NCBI GenBank assembly: GCA_026387835.1
Contig: JAPLKZ010000003.1
Coordinates: 1 to 9,569 of the forward strand
Direction: 5' to 3'
Source: Candidatus Saganbacteria bacterium
GTDB taxonomy: Bacteria > Margulisbacteria > WOR-1 > JAKLHX01
DNA length: 9,569 nucleotides
Every line of letters starts with the position of its first letter. Within the stretch, counting starts at the first letter, position 1. This document shows, piece by piece, positions 1 through 7,791 of the stretch. The notes below the pieces were generated by a model that was given only the letters and a program-made list of their open reading frames with translations, was not told where the DNA came from and did not search any database. The translations under genes and the position numbers were made by a program.

Positions 1-930
<930 letters not shown>

Positions 931-965
931 TATTTAGCGCAGGAGATTACCTTATTTAGAAAAGC

Positions 966-985
966 TTAGACTTGACCGTCTAAGA
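966..985 (+). other. Perfect 7-bp stem hairpin in the 23S-5S spacer (CTTAGAC-ttgacc-GTCTAAG)
   Basis: Arms cttagac (966-972) and gtctaag (979-985) are exact reverse complements with a 6-nt loop. A rRNA processing role is inference. Confidence 0.6.
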
Positions 986-993
986 GAAAAATA

Positions 994-1103
<110 letters not shown>

Positions 1104-1111
<8 letters not shown>

Positions 1112-1167
1112 ATTTTTTGCTTTTGTCGCGAATCACTCGAACTTTTAAAGCTGATAGCCTCGCGAAT
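1104..1167 (+). repeat. Imperfect direct repeat, copy 1 (begins inside the 5S 3' end)
   Basis: gccgggttattttttgcttttgtcgcgaatcactcgaacttttaaagctgatagcctcgcgaat. It matches 1256..1320 over its length, including an exact 'gccgggttattttttg' and 'ttgtcgcgaat'. Confidence 0.85.
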
Positions 1168-1185
1168 TGAAACAAAACATTTCGA

Positions 1186-1257
1186 TGGATAGGCTTGTCC
1201 GCCGAAGCCCGAAGGGCGAAGGAGGATAGATGCTTGCCCTGAGCGTAGTCGAAGGGC
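1186..1257 (+). repeat. REP-like intergenic repeat sequence between the two direct-repeat copies
   Basis: Contains 'gcttgtccgccgaagcccgaagggcgaagga' (core hairpin gccc-gaa-gggc, 1207-1217) and 'gccctgagcgtagtcgaagggc' (arms gccct 1236-1240 and agggc 1253-1257). These resemble short dispersed bacterial intergenic repeats; copy number in this genome cannot be seen here. Confidence 0.55.
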
Positions 1258-1320
1258 CGGGTTATTTTTTGGTGTTGTCGCGAATGGCACGAATTTCTTA
1301 AGGCTGATTGCCTCACGAAT
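1256..1320 (+). repeat. Imperfect direct repeat, copy 2
   Basis: gccgggttattttttggtgttgtcgcgaatggcacgaatttcttaaggctgattgcctcacgaat aligns to 1104..1167 with a 1-nt indel. Confidence 0.85.
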
Positions 1321-1365
1321 ATTTCAGATTTCTTGAATTAAAGACAGCGCAGATATTTCACGAAG

Positions 1366-1381
1366 TGGTATAATTTTAGTA
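1366..1381 (+). promoter_or_regulatory. Extended -10 promoter TGG-TATAAT (TATAAT 1369-1374), predicted +1 at 1381 (A of ATG)
   Basis: Perfect TATAAT consensus with an upstream TGn motif. Exactly 6 nt (tttagt) separate it from the ATG. No convincing -35. Confidence 0.65.
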
Positions 1382-1722
1382 TGAAAATAGTACGGGACAA
1401 GATATCGGTCAGCGAGCTGGATGGCATGGCAAAGATGATGTTCGGCAATATGGTAAAAGCCGTGGTCGACGTAAAAAAAGATATAGCGGCGGTTGACGCC
1501 GAGTTACACGCGGATATGGAAGCTTATCTGATCGAGAACGGGTCCGATCAGTGCGATCTGTGGGGGATCAACCTGTATCCCGGTCAAAAAAAAGAGGATT
1601 TCATAGAATACGATTCGATGATCAATATCAGGCCGAACCGCGGCAACAGGAGCAGAGGCGTCGAAGATAAGGAAATAAGGGCAAAGATCACGGAGATAAT
1701 CAATAAACTGGTGAAAAAATGA
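1381..1722 (+). CDS. DUF5674-like conserved protein (113 aa)
   Basis: Clean ORF after a strong -10. The protein 'MKIVRDKISVSELDGMAKMMFGNMVKAVVDVKKDIAAVDAELHADMEAYLI...LWGINLYP...SMINIRPNRGNRSRGVED' resembles the DUF5674 family from memory; no search was run. Confidence 0.75.
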   Translation: MKIVRDKISVSELDGMAKMMFGNMVKAVVDVKKDIAAVDAELHADMEAYLIENGSDQCDLWGINLYPGQKKEDFIEYDSMINIRPNRGNRSRGVEDKEIRAKITEIINKLVKK

Positions 1723-2054
1723 CGATCCGTCACAAAGACCTTGCTTCCGGACGATGGCATAGTTTAAGGCTCTGCGAGCAGATGGGTAATATCGGCAGCG
1801 AGGTCGAAAGGACCATTAATCGGAAGAACAAAGGAGATGCCAAGAACAGAGACATGGCTTTTGAAAGAGCCATTGAACTTTTTGACCTCACAATAACAGA
1901 CCCGAAGAACCTTAAAAGGTTAAGGGAGCTTACAAGGACGAGGGAAGCCTTTGTGGATTTTATCTGGTTCGACAACCAGTACGGTTCGACTGACGAGCTG
2001 TGGAAAAAATATTTTCTTGCGTTTGGATTCTATTCAAGACTTAATGTGAACTGA
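1719..2054 (+). CDS. Small conserved-type hypothetical protein (111 aa), coupled to the upstream gene
   Basis: ORF starts in an ATGA overlap (ATG 1719-1721, TGA 1720-1722) with the preceding CDS. Protein starts 'MTIRHKDLASGRWHSLRLCEQMGNIGSEVERTI...'. Confidence 0.75.
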   Translation: MTIRHKDLASGRWHSLRLCEQMGNIGSEVERTINRKNKGDAKNRDMAFERAIELFDLTITDPKNLKRLRELTRTREAFVDFIWFDNQYGSTDELWKKYFLAFGFYSRLNVN

Positions 2055-2075
2055 TACTTTTAGAGCCATCCTCGA

Positions 2076-2657
2076 CTACTTAATAGTCACTTTCTTTAAT
2101 ACCACCGGCTTCACGGGTCTATCCGAAACGGCAGAGACGACAGATATTTTATCGGCGATGTCCTGTCCTTTTATGACCTTTCCGAATATCGTGTGGAGTC
2201 CCGTAAGCCACGGGGTAGGGGCGACTGTTATGAAGAACTGGGAACCATTCGTATTCGGTCCCGAGTTTGCCATAGCGAGCATTCCTGCTTTGTCAAAATT
2301 GAGCGTGGGATCTATTTCATCCTCAAACCTGTAGCCGGGGCCGCCTATACCGAGGCCGAGAGGGTCTCCGCCCTGTATCATGAAATCCGGTATGACCCTG
2401 TGGAATATTGTTCCGTCATAAAGCGGCCTCTCCGTGCTTTCTTTTGTCTTAGGATCGATCCACTTGATCTCCCCCTTAGCAAGCCCCGCAAAGTTCTTTA
2501 CCGTCAGAGGGGCCTGTTCCGGATACAGTTCACAGGTTATATTCCCCATGCTCGTTTCAAATACTGCATACATCTTGTGGTTTCCTTTCTGTGCGGCAAG
2601 GATATTGGCCGATAAAACAAATATAAATATGATGGCGATCAGTATTTTTTTATTCAT
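2076..2657 (-). CDS. Cyclophilin-type peptidyl-prolyl cis-trans isomerase, secreted
   Basis: N-terminal signal peptide 'MNKKILIAIIFIFVLSANILAAQKG'. Cyclophilin motifs: 'TVKNFAGLA', 'YDGTIFHRVIPDFMIQGGDPLGLGIGGPGYRFEDE', 'GMLAMANSGPNTNGSQFFITVAPTPWLTGLHTIFGKVIKGQDI'. Confidence 0.95.
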   Translation of the reverse strand: MNKKILIAIIFIFVLSANILAAQKGNHKMYAVFETSMGNITCELYPEQAPLTVKNFAGLAKGEIKWIDPKTKESTERPLYDGTIFHRVIPDFMIQGGDPLGLGIGGPGYRFEDEIDPTLNFDKAGMLAMANSGPNTNGSQFFITVAPTPWLTGLHTIFGKVIKGQDIADKISVVSAVSDRPVKPVVLKKVTIK

Positions 2658-2692
2658 AATATCATTATAGAAAAGATATCATAGTAAGTCAA
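2657..2692 (-). promoter_or_regulatory. Sigma70-type promoter TTGACT-17 nt-TATAAT, predicted +1 at the A of ATG (2657)
   Basis: Minus strand reads TTGACT (2692-2687), a 17-nt spacer, TATAAT (2669-2664), 6 nt 'gatatt', then ATG. No Shine-Dalgarno fits between the promoter and the ATG. Confidence 0.8.
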
Positions 2693-2754
2693 AGTTTCCT
2701 TTTACTTTTCTTGTTTCGACAAAGGAAGTTATTTAAGAAGATGCCTTTTGGATA

Positions 2755-3414
2755 TTATTCGCCGAATTGCACCCAGCCGAACAGGTGCGCGTCAACCATG
2801 CCGACGTGAAACCTTGACATGCACCAGTATTCAAGTGCGGAAAGAGGACGCATGTTTTTTAAAGTCGTTACAAAATCTTCTTCTCCGTATGTTTGTCTGA
2901 TCAAATTAAGAGCTTCGATCCTGGTAGAAACGCTCATTTCGGTCGAGGGCTTGTTAAGCCATTCGGCTGCTTTTTGGTGATCGAGTTTTGAACTTGCGCT
3001 GGACCGTTCAAAACGACGTAAGATATCAAAAATACAATGCGGGCTGATTTGTTTAGGCTCAGCACTAAGCACCCCATATTTATTTAATCCGAGATCATTG
3101 AAGTCACTTGACTCCAGGATCGGTATCGGTCGGTCTCCGTCCCTGCAATTGTGAAGTATCTCTAGCGCGACAATGCCGGGCATATGCGGGCTCTTAAATA
3201 ATTCAAGCGCCCTTTCACGGGAAATAGGAGCCAATCTGAGCTGGCCAAATACAATGCGTCTTGGCAGCATGCATGCAAGTGCGACGGCGGTATCGACGTG
3301 CATCTTTCTGTCGTGTATCTGGGGGACATCGCCTCTTCCCGAGTTATATCTTCTCCAGGCTTCCGGAAGGCCCGGCGATGTTCTTAGAAACTGTCCGAAA
3401 GTGACATTTGCCAT
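2755..3414 (-). CDS. Hypothetical protein (219 aa), no family recognised
   Basis: Long ORF with Shine-Dalgarno AAGGA (minus strand, 3428-3424) 9 nt upstream of the ATG. Confidence 0.75.
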   Translation of the reverse strand: MANVTFGQFLRTSPGLPEAWRRYNSGRGDVPQIHDRKMHVDTAVALACMLPRRIVFGQLRLAPISRERALELFKSPHMPGIVALEILHNCRDGDRPIPILESSDFNDLGLNKYGVLSAEPKQISPHCIFDILRRFERSSASSKLDHQKAAEWLNKPSTEMSVSTRIEALNLIRQTYGEEDFVTTLKNMRPLSALEYWCMSRFHVGMVDAHLFGWVQFGE

Positions 3415-3508
3415 TTTATTTATTCCTTATATATTGCTGTTTTCGTTCTACAATAAATTATCGATGAAAAAAACAAGGAATTTCACATAAAATCCGTTAC
3501 CAGAATAA

Positions 3509-3524
3509 TGCTAGTATTATGTCA
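3509..3524 (+). promoter_or_regulatory. Extended -10 TGC-TAGTAT (3512-3517), predicted +1 at 3524 (A of ATG)
   Basis: TGn plus TAGTAT, then exactly 6 nt (tatgtc), then ATG. No Shine-Dalgarno. -35 is poor. Confidence 0.5.
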
Positions 3525-4465
3525 TGAGCAACGCATGGGAAAAATTGACGCACGACAGCGTGATAAATGCTGTTCAGAATGTGACAGGATCAGAACTTAG
3601 CGGACTTCTTCTTAAGAGGAACAGTTATATCAACAGGGTATTCGAGCTCGAGGAAAAACTTTCCAAGAAACGGCTCATTGTGAAATTTTACAGGCCTAAA
3701 CGCTGGACAGAGAAACAGATACTTGAAGAGCATGCTTTCATAAAAAATCTTTACGGTCTGGATAACCATGTCATTCCTCCTGTAATGATCAGGGGCAAGA
3801 CGCTTTTTGAGCATGAAGGGATCTGCTTCGCGGTATTCCCAAAGATGGGAGGAAGGGCGCTGGACGAATTCGATAAAGAGGGCTGGATCAATATCGGGCA
3901 GCTGATAGGCAAAATGCATCTTGCCGGCTCAAGGACAAAAGATTCAAAAAGGATAATATGGAGGCCGGATACAGCGACAAAGCATCATCTTGAGGTCCTC
4001 GACCTGACAAATGTTGTGCCGGAAGATTTTAAAAAGGCTTTTGACCTTTGCGTGGATCAATTCATCAAAAAAGCTGCCGGAATGTTCGAGAATACTTCAA
4101 TGATAAAGCTTCACGGCGATATCCATATGGGCAATTTCATCCACAGGCCCGGAGAGGGGACATTTATCGTAGATTTCGATGATATGTGCGTCGGACCTCC
4201 CGTGCAGGACATGTGGATGCTGCTCCCTGACAAAGTCGAGAACTGCCGGAACGAAATAGACTGGTTTCTTAAAGGTTATGGGACTTTTTATGAGTTTGAT
4301 AGTAATACACTGCGGCTAATACCTTATTTACAGGCGATGAGGATGATACACTTCGCGTCATGGTGTGCTGTCCAGAAAGAAGACCCCGGGTTTGAAACTC
4401 ATTTTCCGGAATGGGGCTCTAAAAAGTACTGGGGGCAGCTGATACGGGATGTGAATGAAGTCTGA
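3524..4465 (+). CDS. srkA: SrkA/YihE-like serine/threonine protein kinase, aminoglycoside phosphotransferase-like fold (313 aa)
   Basis: 'RNSYINRVFELE', 'RLIVKFYRPKRWTEKQILEEHAFI', catalytic 'IKLHGDIHMGNFIHRPGEGTFIVDFDDMCVGPPVQDMWMLLPD', characteristic of the YihE/SrkA subgroup. Confidence 0.88.
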   Translation: MSNAWEKLTHDSVINAVQNVTGSELSGLLLKRNSYINRVFELEEKLSKKRLIVKFYRPKRWTEKQILEEHAFIKNLYGLDNHVIPPVMIRGKTLFEHEGICFAVFPKMGGRALDEFDKEGWINIGQLIGKMHLAGSRTKDSKRIIWRPDTATKHHLEVLDLTNVVPEDFKKAFDLCVDQFIKKAAGMFENTSMIKLHGDIHMGNFIHRPGEGTFIVDFDDMCVGPPVQDMWMLLPDKVENCRNEIDWFLKGYGTFYEFDSNTLRLIPYLQAMRMIHFASWCAVQKEDPGFETHFPEWGSKKYWGQLIRDVNEV

Positions 4466-4540
4466 AGATTAAAGAATAATACACAATAAACAAGCACCAA
4501 TACACAAACAATACAAAATATCCGATCACGAATGAACAAA

Positions 4541-4566
4541 AGCGGCCTTAATGGCCTTTTTTTATT
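4541..4566 (+). terminator. Weak candidate intrinsic terminator after the kinase gene (GGCC-ttaat-GGCC followed by a T-rich tract)
   Basis: agcGGCCttaatGGCCtttttttatt. The GC stem is short (4 bp), with possible flanking A-T pairing across a bulge. Confidence 0.45.
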
Positions 4567-4633
4567 ATTTTAAAATATAGTGAAATTTCCGGAAATAAGC
4601 ATCGAGATATTATTGTGCGAAAAATAAATATGT

Positions 4634-4640
4634 AAAGGAG
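4634..4640 (+). promoter_or_regulatory. Shine-Dalgarno AAAGGAG, 8 nt upstream of the ATG at 4649
   Basis: 'tgtAAAGGAGaaaataaaATG'. Confidence 0.85.
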
Positions 4641-4648
4641 AAAATAAA

Positions 4649-5689
4649 ATGACCGTATCAGTAATAGAAGGAAAAATAACAAGAGGCGGGCTCAGAAATG
4701 TGTCAGATGTTATCATGGGCGCTGCCGCGAGGAGAGCGATCATCCCGGCCCCTTGGCGGACACCGGAAATGCAGAAAACAATAGCAGCGGTCGGAGCGAT
4801 GGGCAAAGAAGCTTTGACCAGCCCGGAGGGAAAGGGTTGGAACCCGGATTATCGGGTCGAATCAGTGCCTGATGTTGTAGCGCATGATAAGAGGATGGGT
4901 GATGCTCTTGCAGCAGTCATTCATCAAGAAGCGGGAAAAGGCAGCTTTCTGGATATCATTCTGCCTGTTGGACCTATGGGGCAATACGAATACACGGTCG
5001 CGAGGCTTAATGAGTGGAAAACACCGCTCGACAGAACAGAAACCTGGAATATGGATGAATGGGCCCGCAAAAACGGGACGCCAATAGTTGTCGGAGAATC
5101 ATTCCAGTATGCGATGGGCAGAGCCTTCTTCAGCCGTCTAAATAACAAATTTGCCGCAAACCATTTTGCAACTAGAGACATGCTGCCAAGATATGCAGAG
5201 CTTATGGCCGCAAGAAAAACACAAGCAAAGTCGGAGGGCAAAGAATATAAAAAGGTTGTGGTGCACGGTATCGGTCAGATAACGCACCTTGCGTTTATTG
5301 AAGAGCATTTGGCAAGGGTCGTAAGAAATAATGCGGAAGATTGGAAGAGGGTCCAATATGTTCTTGGGATGCCGCTAAGCGTTATGACAATTATGCAGAA
5401 TATCCTGACAAGCGCTGATTCCGATATCTTCGGTATCCCCGCGTATGCCAATACTATCGGGCCATGGCAAATCCTAAGCTCCGACTATATCATCGGCGGA
5501 TGTGATGGCGCACTCTGTCAGCCGGGCCGTCCGGGAATGGTCGCGACTTGGCAAAAATTGGCCGTACATATGACGTTCGGATTAGCAGAACGGAACATCC
5601 ATGTGCCGTCAACTTTCGGGACACAAATTCCGGGCGTATGTTTTGTGCTTGAAGATTTATTAAAACCGGTCAGCATGATCTCACACTGA
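4649..5689 (+). CDS. Divergent NagB-fold protein, glucosamine-6-phosphate isomerase/deaminase-like (346 aa)
   Basis: Strong SD. 'ETWNMDEW' matches the NagB 'FN(L/M)DEY' motif, and 'GIGQITHLAFIEEH' aligns with 'GIGxDGHIAFNEP'. Overall similarity to canonical NagB appears low. Confidence 0.65.
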   Translation: MTVSVIEGKITRGGLRNVSDVIMGAAARRAIIPAPWRTPEMQKTIAAVGAMGKEALTSPEGKGWNPDYRVESVPDVVAHDKRMGDALAAVIHQEAGKGSFLDIILPVGPMGQYEYTVARLNEWKTPLDRTETWNMDEWARKNGTPIVVGESFQYAMGRAFFSRLNNKFAANHFATRDMLPRYAELMAARKTQAKSEGKEYKKVVVHGIGQITHLAFIEEHLARVVRNNAEDWKRVQYVLGMPLSVMTIMQNILTSADSDIFGIPAYANTIGPWQILSSDYIIGGCDGALCQPGRPGMVATWQKLAVHMTFGLAERNIHVPSTFGTQIPGVCFVLEDLLKPVSMISH

Positions 5690-5713
5690 CATAGCTTACA
5701 GTAATTTTAAAGG

Positions 5714-5745
5714 ACCCGTGGTCAAGCGATCACGGGTTTCTTTTT
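5714..5745 (+). terminator. Strong intrinsic terminator (ACCCGTGgTC-aagc-GAtCACGGGT-ttcttttt)
   Basis: Perfect 7-bp arms acccgtg (5714-5720) and cacgggt (5731-5737), extended inward by a G.U pair and 2 bp, followed by ttcttttt. Confidence 0.88.
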
Positions 5746-5753
5746 GAAAATAT

Positions 5754-5783
5754 TTGCTTTTTCACCCCGGTTTATTATAGAAT
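5754..5783 (+). promoter_or_regulatory. Candidate promoter TTGCTT-18 nt-TAGAAT upstream of glgP
   Basis: TTGCTT 5754-5759, TAGAAT 5778-5783 (overlapping alternative TATAGA 5776-5781). Located between the terminator and the GTG at 5794. Confidence 0.45.
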
Positions 5784-5793
5784 AAAAAATATA

Positions 5794-7791
5794 GTGGACA
5801 ACAATATCCTGGAACTGATCGGTATTGATAAGAACGACGAAAGGCATGTAAAGGACATCACGGCTTCGGAGTTCTTCGGGTATCCCCTGCAGACGGTAAT
5901 AGATGCCGAGAACAGGCTAGTTTCAAAGGAAACTCCTTCCGTAGCATATTTCTCCATGGAATTCGGGCTCGGCCCCAGCATCTACCACACTTTCAAAACA
6001 AAGAACAAGATCGCCGAATCCAACATGTCGAGAAAACATGAGATCTTCTCGAACATGATGCAGATGGATTATTATCATACTTTGCAAGTGGACAAGATAC
6101 TTGACCTGCCTTTATACAGCGGAGGCCTCGGGGTCCTGGCGGGCGACGCATTAAAATCGGCGGCTGATCTAGGTATTTCTCTGACAGGTATCGGGATACT
6201 CTGGCATAAAGGATACTTCAAGCAGAAGTTCTGGTTCAAAGGCGGCGGCCAGTTCCCCGAAGAGACAACATGGGACCCTTACTCGTATCCAGGGCTAATA
6301 CCGCTTGAAAAGACCGTCGAGATAGAGCTAAGCGGCGCGAAATTGAAATTGAAATTATGGAAATATTACATATATTCTTATGACCTGAAGAACGTAGTCC
6401 CGCTGATACTGCTGGACGCTAACTGTGTGGAAAATCCCGAATACCTGAGAGAACTTACCGACCAGCTCTACAGGAGCAATAACAACTGGATAAAGATCGC
6501 GCAGAGGATGATACTCGGTATCGGAGGGATGAAAGCACTCGAAACCCTGGGCTACTCTGTAAAAAAATACCATCTGAACGAGGGGCATGCCGCTCTCGCC
6601 TTTCTTGAAAAGGCGCAAAAAGGCGGTCTGGATGCGGTAAAAGATAATTTTGCCTACACCTGCCACACTCCGGTGGAAGCGGGACATGACCGCTTCAATT
6701 TTCAGGAGATAGAAGCGGCTCTGGGTGAGGAGAAGGCCGCGATATTGAGGGAACACGGCAGGGACCTGAAAAATCCTTCGCAGGCTAACCTGACGATACT
6801 TGCAATGAATGCGAAAAACGTGAACGGAGTCTCGCAAAAGCACGGCGAAGTCACAAGGCTGCAGTTCCCGCAGTATGCCGGCAAGATCAGGAGCATAACC
6901 AACGGAGTGCACACTTTCACCTGGATGTCCGACAGCATCAGGGACATGCTGAAAAAATACAAGGACAGGATAGGGGACTTTGAAGCCGATCCGGTGCTTC
7001 TGAAGAACGTCGCGTCGTTAAAGAACGATGTAGTTTTCAGGAAAGAACTTCTTGCAGCTCACAGGCAGAATAAAGAAACACTTTCAAAATATCTGAAGTC
7101 ATGGTTCTTCGATCCGAACACCTTCACTATCGCATGGGCAAGGCGGTTCGCGGGATATAAGCGGCCGACATTGCTTTTTCATGACGTCAGCAGGCTTATC
7201 TCGATCGCCAGAGATACAGGGCCTGTCCAGGTCCTGATCGCCGGGAAAGCGCATCCCGCGGACACTCCCGCGTCGCTCCATATGGATGAATTGATGGAAA
7301 AGATAAACCGCCTCGGCGGCCAGAGAAAGATCCTCCGTGTATGCTTCCTTGAAAATTACGATACATATTTTGCAAAGATGCTCACCAGTTCAGTAGATGT
7401 CTGGCTTAACAACCCGCTTCCGCCGTTCGAGGCGTCCGGGACTTCCGGTATGAAGGCGATCGTGAACGGGGTCATACAACTGAGCACTCTGGATGGCTGG
7501 ATAGTTGAGGCCGCCGATAAGAACATTGGAAAAATATTCGGTTATGTCCCGAAGGAGGGCGAGATAGGTTCGGAGTCGGACCTGAAGATGAAAGAGGATT
7601 CAGCCGCGCTTTATGACTCACTCGACGGGATGGTAAAGCTTTATTACGACACTTTGACGGAAAAGATCAGGCTTGAAGATTCCGGATGGGTCGACATGAT
7701 GATCAACTGCATAGAACAATCAGCTTATTTTTCCACACAGAGAATGATAAGGGAATATAACGAGATGATATGGGACGGACGCAGTCTTTAA
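5794..7791 (+). CDS. glgP: Alpha-glucan (glycogen) phosphorylase, GT35 family, short type (665 aa, GTG start)
   Basis: 'VAYFSMEFGLGPSIY', 'LPLYSGGLGVLAGDALKSAADLG', 'YHLNEGHAALAFLE', 'TCHTPVEAGHDRF', 'ITNGVHTFTWM', 'WARRFAGYKRPTLLF', and PLP-region 'PPFEASGTSGMKAIVNGVIQLSTLDGW'. Confidence 0.95.
   Translation: MDNNILELIGIDKNDERHVKDITASEFFGYPLQTVIDAENRLVSKETPSVAYFSMEFGLGPSIYHTFKTKNKIAESNMSRKHEIFSNMMQMDYYHTLQVDKILDLPLYSGGLGVLAGDALKSAADLGISLTGIGILWHKGYFKQKFWFKGGGQFPEETTWDPYSYPGLIPLEKTVEIELSGAKLKLKLWKYYIYSYDLKNVVPLILLDANCVENPEYLRELTDQLYRSNNNWIKIAQRMILGIGGMKALETLGYSVKKYHLNEGHAALAFLEKAQKGGLDAVKDNFAYTCHTPVEAGHDRFNFQEIEAALGEEKAAILREHGRDLKNPSQANLTILAMNAKNVNGVSQKHGEVTRLQFPQYAGKIRSITNGVHTFTWMSDSIRDMLKKYKDRIGDFEADPVLLKNVASLKNDVVFRKELLAAHRQNKETLSKYLKSWFFDPNTFTIAWARRFAGYKRPTLLFHDVSRLISIARDTGPVQVLIAGKAHPADTPASLHMDELMEKINRLGGQRKILRVCFLENYDTYFAKMLTSSVDVWLNNPLPPFEASGTSGMKAIVNGVIQLSTLDGWIVEAADKNIGKIFGYVPKEGEIGSESDLKMKEDSAALYDSLDGMVKLYYDTLTEKIRLEDSGWVDMMINCIEQSAYFSTQRMIREYNEMIWDGRSL

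Noticed and set aside
2193-2670. Plus-strand ORFs 2193..2615 and 2434..2670
   Set aside because: Shadow ORFs antisense to the well-supported cyclophilin gene.
3524-4465. Kinase gene as an antibiotic-resistance aminoglycoside phosphotransferase or toxin-antitoxin component
   Set aside because: The sequence pattern fits the chromosomal SrkA/YihE stress-kinase subgroup; there is no partner toxin or mobile context.
6355-6962. Minus-strand ORFs 6355..6912 and 6702..6962
   Set aside because: Antisense to strongly conserved glgP coding sequence; no initiation signals or recognisable protein.
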